DNA from: Octopus sinensis
Lineage: Eukaryota
Length of the DNA stretch: 53,726 bases
Assembly (NCBI RefSeq): GCF_006345805.1
Contig: NW_021834426.1
Span: 1-53,726 of the forward strand
Direction of reading: 5' to 3'
A program made the translations under genes and the position numbers. Below, piece by piece: positions 13,479 to 25,524 of this stretch (the first letter of the stretch is position 1; each line of letters opens with the position of its first letter). The notes under the pieces are model-generated. The model was given only the letters and a program-made list of their open reading frames with translations, made no database searches and was not told the origin of the DNA.

Positions 13479-14150
13479 GTATGTAAATATTGGGTCAAAA
13501 ATTTACTTTGGGATAGAAATGTTGCAGATTGCATTTGAGACTCGAACCCACGTCTCTTGTCACTATGACATGCGTTCTACCATTTATCAACATTGAACAT
13601 ACAAACTTAGGAATATTTTAAAACTTAATACGCTAACAAACTGATTTGATGTTTGTTTCTCATTGAGTTTTATGAAATTTTCATAGAATTGTAATAACAT
13701 TTTGTCATGATGTAAATTCACCATCCTTTGTAGTAGTTGTGCAGTATCACCCATTCGCCATAACCGTAATATACATTTCGTACATATATGTAGACACACA
13801 CACATATATAAACACACACGTGTCTGCACATACATACACACACAGGTGTGTATGTATATACAGACATAGTAAGAAACTTATCTAAATATATATAAGCATA
13901 CATGCACACACACACACACATATATATGTATACATACATATACATATATACTCACACACGCTACTCTCACACACACACATACACACACACATATATACAT
14001 GCAACCAGTCTTACGTATGCATCTGTATTTATGAACATATAGACATATACCTTTATAAATATAGATCTGTATATATATATATATATATATATGTGAGTGT
14101 ATGTGTGCATACATACACACACACGTATACATCATATATATATATATATA

Positions 14151-14199
<49 letters not shown>

Positions 14200-14512
14200 C
14201 TTACACACATATATCTATGTGTGTCCTTGTGTTTGTATGTGTGTTTGATTGTGTGCATAAATATTCAAGCTAGCTTCTCTATATCTCTTAATTTTTCCTT
14301 TCCTTATTTTTTTTTTCTCTTGTTCTAATCGAAGACGAAGAATTGATATATTTTACCACTGCAGTTTGATGCCTCAAAAGTTTTTTGTTTGCTTTCTATT
14401 TTTTTTTACCAATTTTAACACATTTGTGACACAATATTTTTATATATTTTTATATATATATATACATATATTATATTATATATATATATATTTAATATAT
14501 ATATATATATAT

Positions 14513-14552
<40 letters not shown>

Positions 14553-14562
14553 ATAATAACAC

Positions 14563-14604
<42 letters not shown>

Positions 14605-15257
14605 CATATTCGTGTCGTCTGTTATCAACATCATATCGAAATCCAATAGACTGACATGAAGAGCAGATTTATATATCTGAAGAGGTCTCCAAAAATAACA
14701 CGGGTCTCTCACTTCTTTTTACATAGCATATTTCTCTGGAAATTCTTCGAGATTGGTTTTTTTTGCTTAATTTTGTTTAACAATCTCTCAAGTTTTTTTT
14801 TTTTTTTTATCTTTCATTATAGAAGTTCATGTTTTAACTTTGCCAATAATAAAAAAAAATAGATGGTAGGTTAGGAGTATAACAGAATATTCTTTTTCTT
14901 GAAGTGACAGCCAAGTTTATAAATTGATGAGAGAGCATAAGATGAAGATCCTGACAGGAGAATGAATGTTCCTGGAAGTAGGAAGAGCCAGCTAGCTCCT
15001 TCATGCTTTCGAACATTCAATACTATTTTCGCGCTGTCGGAACTTTCTATATTGCAATCTGCGTAGTATTTGTTTGTTGATTTTCTGATTCCATTGAACT
15101 CTCTCTCCGCGCCAACAATCTATCTATCACCTCTTTATCTTAGAAACATCTTTTGTGTCTACATAAATATATACATACATATTTATGCATGTGTGTCTGA
15201 GTGCGTATATGTGTGCCTGCGTACGTGTATGTATATATATATATATATATATATATA

Positions 15258-15458
15258 GTTAATCCAAACAAGAAAACAAAAAGACAACAACGCGAGGATG
15301 TGGAACAAATAAGTATTTATTGGACGCTCAGGAAAGAAGGGAAGAAGGAGGGTATGACGTTTCGAGCGGAGCTCTTCGTCGGAAACGTAGGAGAAAGAAA
15401 GATCCCGAGGTGGGAGGACAGAGGAAAAAAATTTTGCAAGTGGCCTTCACGAGGTCAC
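15258..15458 (-). mobile_element. Short hammerhead-bearing element, family 2
   Basis: Between (AT)n tracts; on the minus strand the hammerhead is followed by TTCCTGAGCGT and AATAAA. Confidence 0.55.
15352..15386 (-). ncRNA. Ultra-minimal type I hammerhead motif (family 2)
   Basis: Minus strand: GTTT-CCGACGA-A-GAGC-TCC-GCTC-GAAA-CG-TC^ATAC. Stem III reduced to palindrome ACGT, GUC triplet, stem I 3 of 4 pairs. Confidence 0.68.
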
Positions 15459-15850
15459 ATATATATATATATATATGTATATATAGGTAAGTAAAGAAAG
15501 ACAGTTATATGTTATATTTAAAGGATTAGTGAGAGAGGGAGAGAGAGAGAGAAGTGTGAGGTATAAGAAAAAGAAACAGTCAATGAGAGAAGGTATAGGG
15601 TTAGAGCGATTGTTCTCCTGTTTGTTAAACATATTTCTTTTAGTTGAGAAAATGTAGTCAACGAAGATAAGTATATGTAAGTAATCAAGTGTTTCCAATG
15701 ATAAATGAATAAAATAATCCTACTCAATCATCCTACTCGAAAATGTGCGTATATGTCTGTGAATATATATATGTATGTATGTATGTATATATATATATAT
15801 ATAATAAATATATATAATAATATATATATATATTATATATATATATATAA

Positions 15851-16040
15851 TTTATTTAAAAGCACCAGAAATAAGACAAAACTGTCCGACGAACGGGAAC
15901 GTCAAACTCTGAGTAACAGCTTTCGTTATATTTGCTGCTGCTTTTAAATAAATATAGCTATACTCCACCCTTTTGTACTCTTTTTTGTACTCTTGAGTAC
16001 TCTTTTTTCTACCTTGTTTTACATTTATGTGCTTACTCTG
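15851..16040 (+). mobile_element. Diverged family 1 hammerhead element
   Basis: Between (AT)n tracts; hammerhead, CTGCTGC..AAATAAA and 3' terminus shared with 5178-5458. Confidence 0.6.
15878..15924 (+). ncRNA. Hammerhead motif (family 1) with core substitutions, probably inactive
   Basis: CTGT-CCGACGA-ACG-GGAA-CGT-CAAA-CTC-T-GAG-TA^ACAG. All stems intact (stem II fully 3 bp), but U4C and G12C. Confidence 0.7.
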
Positions 16041-16253
16041 ATATATATGTATATTTATATATATATATATATTATATTATATATATATATATATATATGC
16101 AAATATATAAGGGATATTTGAATGTATATTACATAGTCTGTTGACTATTTTTTCTTTCTCACTTGACCGCTGGTAGCGAAGAATTTTTCTAGAATATTTT
16201 GCTACCCTAAAATTTATGAACATATATATATATAATATATATATATATATATA

Positions 16254-16415
16254 GGTGCAGTAATGGCTGTGTGGTAAGTAGCTTGCTTACCAACCACATG
16301 GTTCCAGGTTCAGTCCCACTGCGTGACAGCTTGGGCAAGTGTCTTTTACTATAGCCTCGGGCCGACCGAACACTTGTGAGTAGATTTGGTAGACGGAAAC
16401 TGAAAGAAGCCTGTC

Positions 16416-16454
<39 letters not shown>

Positions 16455-16665
16455 TATGTGTTTGTGTTGGTGTGTATATATGCTTGTGCGTCTGTGTTTG
16501 TCGCCCCAATATCGCTTGACAACCAATTCTGGTGTGAGTACGTCTCTATCACTTAGCAGTTCATCAAACTAGATTTACAAAGAATGAGTCCTGGGGTCGA
16601 TTTGCTCGACTAAAGGCGGTGCTCCGGTATGGCCGCAGTCAAATGACTGAAACAAGTAAAAGAAG
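16254..16665 (+). mobile_element. SINE family A, full-length
   Basis: Colinear with 13066-13478. Confidence 0.85.
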
Positions 16666-17299
16666 AAAATATATATATATATGTAATTGAAACAATTTGG
16701 AGTCAACATTACAATTGTTTCTGCGCAACGTCGTTCTCCAGGCGTGCAGGTACTCGATTATGCAGCTGTTACCCTAGTTGTGTTTCCTCGGGTGATGAAT
16801 ATGCTCTATCTGTCGTGTCACCGACCTTATCAGGGTGTGTTGTCGCTGAAAGGCCGTTGGCAAACTGCTTTGAATGTGTAGATGTAGACCTGCTTATGGT
16901 GCTGCCTAATCGGACTGAAGCGGAAAATACCTGGTTGCAAAGTGAACTTCTTAACCACCCAACCATGTCCACACCAGCAGAAAAGTTGCACCTAAAGAAA
17001 CAAGGCATCATCCTCTGGCAAAAACCTCTTGCTAAGTGACGTAAGGAGTCATAGAAAAAGTTCTTTGAAAGTTTTCGTTCCTGATGATATGGGAAACGTA
17101 ATTACTCTAAATTAATCCGAATACCAGATCCATCTCTACAGATTTGGCCCCTTTTTACGATGTACCGTACAAGAGATTAAGGTACTTCTGCGGTCACACG
17201 GGTGTATTCCCCAACTACAACACTACCAACTACCATACGCCAAATTCTTTGAAAATAATTTTGCTAAAACCTTTAACGCTGCATTCATAATCGATAATA

Positions 17300-17324
17300 C
17301 ATAATGATAATAATAATAATAATA

Positions 17325-17384
<60 letters not shown>

Positions 17385-17416
17385 ACGATAAAATAACAAC
17401 AACAACAATAATGATA

Positions 17417-17472
<56 letters not shown>

Positions 17473-17474
17473 GA

Positions 17475-17505
<31 letters not shown>

Positions 17506-17572
17506 TTCTTTTATTGGCCAAATAATACAATTGAAGAACAACAACAACAACAACAACAATAATAATAATAAT

Positions 17573-17633
<61 letters not shown>

Positions 17634-17650
17634 TGATGATAATAATAATC
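17300..17650. repeat. Compound trinucleotide microsatellite (AAT/ATT/AAC/GAT)
   Basis: Direct reading. Confidence 0.95.
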
Positions 17651-17974
17651 GGGATGATAATGGAGCTTACAAGGAAGCCGAATTGATAACCAAAAAAGAC
17701 TATTAATATAAAGCAATAAATCATCGTACCTAAAGATTATTTAACTTCAAACATCTTAATTTCTTTAGTCCTTTCATCACAATATAATTTAAGTGAGCAT
17801 TCGTGACTACGCACTCGATCACAGCCAAACACAGTCGCGAACGAACGCACGCACGCACTGTCGGACACACTGACACACTCACGCACGCACTCACTTCCAT
17901 CGTCCTGGGCGAATGTTTTCATAAATGCATACGCGTGTGCTTGTACGCATGTGGGAATGTGCGTTTGTGTGAGG

Positions 17975-18024
<50 letters not shown>

Positions 18025-18036
18025 ATACGTGCATAC

Positions 18037-18147
<111 letters not shown>

Positions 18148-19159
18148 CATAGTGACAGACAGACAGATAGATCGATAGATAGATTGATATATAGATAGAT
18201 ACACGCATATATCATATTATATCTTCACGCATTCATACAATATATATGTGTGTATGTGTGTGTGTGTGTGTGTCTGTCTGTCTGTCTGTCTGTCTGTGTG
18301 TGTGTGTATGTTTGTATCCATGTATGAATGTAAGTACGTATGTATATGAGTGTGTAATGAACATGTATCTGTTCTGTTTTGACACACACACACACGCACA
18401 TACATCTACTCACATACACACACACACACACATATAAATATGTGTGTGTACGTACGTATGTATATGCATGCATCTGTGTTGGTGTATATGAGAGTGGATG
18501 TTCGTCTTGTTATTTATGTTATTTTTGCGTGTACGTGTATGTGTGTGTGTGTTTGCACTCGTCATTGTGCGTATGTGTTGTTTTGTGGCTTTAATAGAGG
18601 GCTTTAATAGCAATAAAAATCAATCAAAATTACAAAATTAATAGTAGTGACCATTAAAGGTAGCCATAAAAATCAATTAGTTAGAATTACTGTAAAGAGG
18701 ATAGGGAAAATGACTGTATTTAATGCAGAACAACATCGCCAGCCTCGCGAATCATTATACGAGATGTTATGAGCGTTACCGATCGTTCTCGTGTCAGTGA
18801 GCTCTTAAGAGAAAAAACTTTTTTGTATAGCCCTATGTGAACGATCGATCCCGCTAGGAATAGCGACCCGAATCTCACTCAAATTTCAACTCATTGTTGT
18901 TCTGATTCTTTGTGGGGGGTTTTTTTATGTGTTTTTTTACCTAAAGTTTTACCTAAATCTTTTCTACATAAATAAACATAACCATGTATGTAACATATTC
19001 AACGTGTATATACCGTTGACAGGCAAGTTACTGCTGTTTTTCGTCCGAGATACAATCTCTTATGGACGTGTATGTGTTAACTCTGTCTTGAGTATAAGGA
19101 CTCATAAGGCCGGGACTAAATCCTGTTTCTGTGGCGTGTAAGTAACTGAGATAAGCTAA

Positions 19160-19430
19160 GTGGTCACGGTTAGAGAGTCTTTGATGAAAGGCTTGCTCCA
19201 TCAGACAGATATGATCCGGCTTTAATGAGTATCGGAAATAGTCTCAACTATTCAAAGGGAAAAAAGAACAAATGAGATTGTCACGGTGGGAGTGTCTTTA
19301 ATGAAAGACCTGCTCCAACAGATAGATTTGACCGGGCGCTAAAGAGCCTCGGAAACATTAACAATTATAGAAAAGGAAGAAATATATGAGACTGTCACGA
19401 CTGGAATGTCTTTGAACAAAGGCCTGCTGG
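19160..19430. repeat. About 115-bp tandem repeat, about 2.3 copies
   Basis: GTCACG..GTCTTT..AAAG.CCTGCT recurs at 19163, 19280 and 19394. Confidence 0.75.
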
Positions 19431-19626
19431 TAGTTACCTATTATCGCAGTAACAATAATGTTCACTCTAGAAGACACAGTAACCACTGACCAAATTCCAT
19501 GTAGCACACGCCACTGATAAGACTTAATAAGGTCTAAATGCTTTTGTGACGTTTTCACAAGCAATTGCCGAAAAGAATTTCGTCTCATTCCGAATGTAAA
19601 TTGTCATTAACACAACACATCCATTA

Positions 19627-19775
19627 GGTGCGTAGCGAAGTGGTTAAGGTGTTACATTCACGATTGCAAGAAATCGGTTTCGATTCCCAGACCGTAAGAT
19701 ACGTTGTGTTCTTGAGCTAAACACTTTATTTCACGTCGTTCTTGTTCATTCATTTCTCTAAATGGTCTCTATGAA
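19627..19775 (+). mobile_element. SINE family C, 5' part
   Basis: GGTGCGTAGCGAAGTGGTTAAGG..GTTTCGATTCCCAGACCG..GTGTTCTTGAGCTAAACACTTT. Confidence 0.65.
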
Positions 19776-20204
19776 TATCTACAATGTTAAGCCTATGACA
19801 GAAAAACATACCATTGATAATAGGGAAGCATATTAAAATCTCAGTTACTTACACGCAACAGAAACAGGATTTAGTTCCAGCCTTATGAGTCCTTATACTC
19901 AAGACAGAGTTAACACATACACGTCCATAAGAGATTGTATCTCGGACGAAAAGCAGCAGTAACTTGGCTGTCAACGGTATATACACATTGAATATGTTAC
20001 ATACATGGTTATGTTTATTTATGTAGAAAAGTAAGAGGCCAATTAAAGCACAATTGGTTGCATCTTACTTCGTCGTATTGCAGTGGGCCTTCTTGTGATC
20101 CGTAATCAAAAGATACTTGCACAAATAGCAAATTCCAGTAAATGGTTTCTGCCAAAAGACCCGATCTCAGAACAACAAACTCTCAAAGAACAAATCATTA
20201 TTAT

Positions 20205-20460
20205 TGGTTTTACTTTTACTTGTTTCAGTCATTGGGCAGCGGCCATGCAGGAGCACCTCCATGTAAGATTTTAGGGGTTAAAATCAGTACGAGTACATAT
20301 TTATCTTTGTTGTCACTCTGGCACTTATTTTGTTGGCTTTTCTACTGAATCGCTAAGTTACGGACACGTAAGTAAACCGACACGCGTGAGCAACCAGTTG
20401 TGGGAGACAAACGCCAATTTAAAGACACACACATAGTTATACACACACACACATACACAC
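20205..20460 (-). mobile_element. SINE family A, 3' half
   Basis: Plus strand TTGTTTCAGTCATT..GGCCATGCAGGAGCACC..GCTAAGTTACGG is the reverse complement of the family A tail. Confidence 0.65.
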
Positions 20461-20467
20461 ACACATC

Positions 20468-20542
<75 letters not shown>

Positions 20543-20995
20543 ACATATACGAGGGATGACCACTACGTGGACATCCATTATATTTTAAATTTAAATTTAA
20601 ATATTTTTAATTTTTAATTTTAAATTTAGATTTATATAAAAAAAGCAACAAGAATGGATTAGTTTTTCAGTACAATTGTTTCATACGAAGAACAGCTTTA
20701 TTAAAAGCTGCAAATATTGCAGGAAATACAAGTGTCCCGTACTCATCAGCCAAAACACATATAAGTTTTCCAAACATCCTAGGGGTTCTTTCAATTTCCG
20801 CCAACTAAATCCACTCACAGGGTCATTGATAGACACGGAAGAATCGTTGAAAGACACGTGCACAAAATCTACTAATTGGTATTGAACCCAGAACCAAGTA
20901 TTCGGGATTTTTACAGATTTTTACAAAAGTCACTATATAAAACTTAATTAGCACTAATTCTCATGTTCTGTTTTTGTTTTTTTTTATCTTTGCAG

Positions 20996-21172
20996 GAAGT
21001 AAGAGACTGGAAATTTGTTGCTATGGTGTTGGATCGTTTTTTCCTGTATATCTTCACCAGCACATGTCTTGCCGGAACTCTCTGCATCTTTCTCTACGCA
21101 CCGTCACTCTACGATCATCGCATACCCATGGAGGGAAGTAACGAAATTGGTAACACCACATGTATTTATTGA
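20996..21172 (+). CDS. Terminal coding exon of a nicotinic acetylcholine receptor (Cys-loop) subunit: end of M3-M4 loop, TM4 and extracellular C-terminus
   Basis: Polypyrimidine tract plus TTTGCAG acceptor (AG 20994-20995), phase 0. Translates EVRDWKFVAMVLDRFFLYIFTSTCLAGTLCIFLYAPSLYDHRIPMEGSNEIGNTTCIY*. DWKFVAMVLDRxF and APSLYD match protostome nAChR subunits. Subunit identity cannot be assigned from this exon alone. Confidence 0.93.
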   Translation, partial: EVRDWKFVAMVLDRFFLYIFTSTCLAGTLCIFLYAPSLYDHRIPMEGSNEIGNTTCIY

Positions 21173-21278
21173 AGATTAAAAATACCAGTCATATACGTGT
21201 ATATACATATATGTATGGAAACGTATGTATGCATATGTATACCATATATATGCATGTATATACACATACATACATATA

Positions 21279-21320
<42 letters not shown>

Positions 21321-21535
21321 TTATATATATATTAATGTTTATATACATACGACATATATAAGTAATACTAGGGAATATAAAATTCCAAAGTTACAGGGAA
21401 AAATTCAATTAGCAATGCTAAATCAAATTTCGCAATATATAATATATGTGAATAATTAAGAGACGCAATCTCTATTAAGTAATTCAATTATTAGCGAAAG
21501 TTATTATCTAATAATAAATATATATAAAGATTTTA

Positions 21536-21584
<49 letters not shown>

Positions 21585-21658
21585 ATATATATATATATAT
21601 ACATGTTTACTGGTGAAAACAAGAAAACAGAAAACAAGAAAACATCAAGTATATTGTT

Positions 21659-21720
<62 letters not shown>

Positions 21721-22318
21721 TAATAATAATAATATTCGGTTTCGTGCGTTGACACAAATCAACGGTTTGATAACTGCGCATGCACGAAACTGTTTGCCCT
21801 TGAGTAAAATTGAAAATTCTGTCGATTAAGTGACAAATGATCTGTATGCGTATATATCAACTTACACATGTGTCTGCGTATATATATAAAGATGCACGTA
21901 TGTACATATAGATATACACACACACACAAACAAACATATATACACACATACATATATATTTGTGTTTGTACATGTGTGTGGATTGAAGATTGGTTTTTAT
22001 AATACTCTTTTTATTTTATGAATGACGGTTGTTTTTACAAAACCATGTTAACTGTCTATATATATATATATACAGACACATATTTGTGCATATCATATTT
22101 GTACTCGTATCCTGCAGTGTACGGGCAATGCATCCGGCAAAGAATTAATGTTGAAACAATTGTTGCGTAAGAGTCATATCAACATGGCAATGTGATGGAA
22201 TTAAAGCGGATTAAAGGGATTAATGAAACACAGAATAATGAGTATATGTATGCATTGTATATATGCAATATTTGTGTGTACATAGCTATGTTTTTATATG
22301 TCTGTATACGTATATATA

Positions 22319-22368
<50 letters not shown>

Positions 22369-23465
22369 ATGTATATATATGTATGTATATATATATTGAT
22401 AAATACATACATACATATGCACATACATTCATATATGTATGCATATATATATATACACGCACATACGCACACACACACACACATATGTATGTATGGATTA
22501 ATGTATGTATGTATGTATGTTTATAAAATGATGTTAAAATAAGGATGGACTATTTTACATCCAGAAAACTTGTTTATTACAGTTTCAAAGCCTCGTTACA
22601 GCAATGCAGTGAATAAAGCTGTATGGATATGTTTACCTTGGATGTAATCATAAAGCAATTGAAGTAACAGGATGCCACTGGACTCGAAACCACATCTTAG
22701 GATGTCGATGCAGTGGAAACCTTGTGTCGGACGGCATTTTAAGAGAGCATATTGTAAATAAGATTGCAATAAACAAGTTTTAAGGGTGTACAATGTTGCA
22801 TCCTCCTCTCAGCGTCACATGTGTATATATTCTGTATACAAAACGCAAAGAAGCAAAATCATTATTTATCCATCGGGAGAAATACGGCGAGATTGTTTAC
22901 CTTAAACAATTTCTCGTTCTTCCATATCATTCGATGTTGTTAACGAGAACCTAAATTATACCAGAGTGTTTGAAAGGGACCTGCCCGGATTTATACTCCT
23001 AATTACATTTTATGTATGAAAGGTTTTGAGCCTTCAAGACGTTTGAGCCTTGAAGTTTTGTACCATGTTTTGCTTTTTTGGGGCTCAAGGCTTTTCATAC
23101 ACCCCTCATATATATATGTATATATATATATATTATAAAAACACACAGATGTGTGTATGTTTCGACATATATACACACGTCTGCATTTGTAAAACTTTGT
23201 CCCACAATATATACATTTATTTCAATTATTTGGCGTCTGAATCAAGACAACCCTTCAATGCCCACCATTTCTTATTGCAAATAAGGGTGAGGAACGCTTG
23301 GCCGGCCTCGACTACATTCGCTATAAATCCAGAAAAAAATTTTCAGCTGAAGTAAAATAAGCTTATGACTTGTATGTACTGACTACTTATTACATATACA
23401 AATCATATATATGTATATATTTTAAACACTATATGTACAAATACTTAGGTCTGTGTGCGCATATG

Positions 23466-23500
<35 letters not shown>

Positions 23501-23615
23501 ATATATACATGTATATATATAAATATATTTGTACACATACATATATATACATATACATGCATACATACATACATATACACACACATATATATGTGTGTGT
23601 GTGAGTGTAATTCGG

Positions 23616-23687
<72 letters not shown>

Positions 23688-23863
23688 TGTGTGTGTGTAA
23701 TTCGATGCGCATCCAATAAAGTTATAAATAATAATTTGCAAATTTTGGGTGGAACCCCCCACTTGCTTTTCGATGTAAGATTCACTTGCTATTTATTTAT
23801 AGTTTCATGTGATATGCCACTAGATAATGATTATTTCACGTTCTCTCGAACGTTTATGATATA

Positions 23864-23906
<43 letters not shown>

Positions 23907-24275
23907 GTGCGCTCGTGCACGTATCCCCCCATATATATGTGTATATATGAGCAGGTATATGTGTGCACGTGTATTTATATGTGTCCGGTGTTACAACAAT
24001 AGTTATGAAAGGAAATACGTATTGCATATCTTCATTTGGCTTTTGCTCAATTCAAATCCAGGAGTTCTCTCCCTTCTCATTTAGAATGTAATTTTCGTTA
24101 CCGTTAATGTGTATCGCTACCATAACGTTCTAAATTCGCTTGATAAATAGATATTATAGGGTCCATTGTCGCAGCTTTTATTAAACTACTCACATTCACA
24201 TATGCACATATATTCGTTCATACGTATGTGTTTGTACCTGATATACATATACCTGTATATGCATACAGATATATA

Positions 24276-24397
24276 CAGCAGTACCTCGGTTTACGAACGC
24301 CTCTGATCACGAATAAATCGTGATTTATATATCTATATATATATATAAAGCGCGATTTATTCGTGATCAGAGTTGTTCGAAAGCTGAAGTACTATTG
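24276..24397. mobile_element. Palindromic pogo/Tigger-like MITE
   Basis: TA-CAGCAGTACCTCGGTTTACGAACGCCTCTGATCACGAATAAATCG ... CGATTTATTCGTGATCAGAGTTGTTCGAAAGCTGAAGTACTATTG; about 45-bp imperfect arms around an AT spacer. Confidence 0.7.
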
Positions 24398-24494
24398 CAT
24401 ATATATGCATACATATATGCATGCAAAGTTAAAAGAACGGACATTGATACCTCTTTTTACTAGATGGCAATAACAGCAAACTATACGTATTTTG

Positions 24495-24630
24495 CGAGGG
24501 TCAGCTGAAAAGTTCATAGACTGACCAAGACACTCATATGGAATGTAAATAAGGTTTAGTTTCCAACATAAACCTTTATTTTCCCTCTTGCGATCATTAC
24601 ACTTCTTCCATCGGTGTTTCACTGCTTGGA
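24495..24630 (-). mobile_element. Mariner C-terminal remnant with TIR
   Basis: Plus-strand TIR-like CGAGGGTCAGCTGAAAAGTTC; minus strand GIQAVKHRWKKC, resembling the mariner GI..L..RW.KC terminus. Confidence 0.65.
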
Positions 24631-25320
24631 TGCCATTGGTGACGTGTGTATATGTATAGATACATACATACACACATACATATATACATATATATGTATA
24701 TATATGTGTGTGTGTGTGTATGTGTGTGTGTGTGTGTGTGTATGTATGTAGGTATGTATGTATTTATGTGTGTATGTATATATGTATTCTTTTACATATA
24801 TATATGTAAATATAAACACACAGGGAATCTATAACGCGCTGGCGATTCAAACTTCAGTCCGCCATACATAAACTTACATCGTGCGTCGTTACGTGTTAAT
24901 TAAAAGTTAGACTCATTAATCACAACCATTCCCTGTTTCATTACCTTGAATGATTAATGATTTCGAGCTATTTTTTTTCTCCCGCCTCTATATTTAACCT
25001 AAAATTACTAAGGTATGTTCCCGCAACCATTATGACCTATCTGTTAGCAGTTCAAAATTGCTTCAGTTTTGCAGCGACAGATGGGATTTTTTAAAATTAG
25101 ATTAATTAACTAATCAATCTAATAATATTTCATCAGATTACTCTACTAACTAGTCTCATGGTGGAAGCTATTCTACTGTACTAAAATCTACCATCGGTGT
25201 GATCGCTACTAGTTGATGGATATATGTATACATACATATAGAAATCCATACGTATATATATATACACGTTTATATATTTGTTTTGCAAGGTTCTTGATGT
25301 GAAATCGTGTGTTGAAACTG

Positions 25321-25524
25321 ATGTTGTTGTATTTAGGAATAGTCATGTTGCCAGTTTAGCCAATAAAAACACACGCACTATATATTTGGTGTTAATTTGC
25401 TTCAGCTTTATTTATTTTTTACATTAATCTTAATCTTATTTCGGCCAAATTAACACCAAATATATAGTGCGTGTGTTTTTATTGGCTAAACTGGCAACAT
25501 GACCATTCCTAAATACAACAACAT
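25321..25524. repeat. 79-bp hairpin (25321-25399 / 25446-25524)
   Basis: One mismatch (A25341 opposite C25504); 46-nt loop. Confidence 0.95.

Larger units (their letters stand above)
18959..20031. repeat. 194-bp inverted repeat (18959-19152 / 19838-20031)
   Basis: Gap-free; I count 6 mismatches; 685-bp spacer. Confidence 0.95.

Noticed and set aside
16680-17039. About 120-codon open + frame as a possible nAChR intracellular-loop exon
   Set aside because: No nAChR motif, runs into a stop before any good donor, and overlaps a decayed minus-strand family A SINE head (about 16880-16975).
17081-17100. CTGATGA-TATGG-GAAACGTA hammerhead-like string
   Set aside because: No stem II or stem I can form.
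20548-20722. TACGAGGGATGACC as a mariner MITE start
   Set aside because: No matching inverted end found.
21766-21797. TTGATAA-CTGCGCATGCAC-GAAACTGTT
   Set aside because: Three substitutions at key positions and no stem I.
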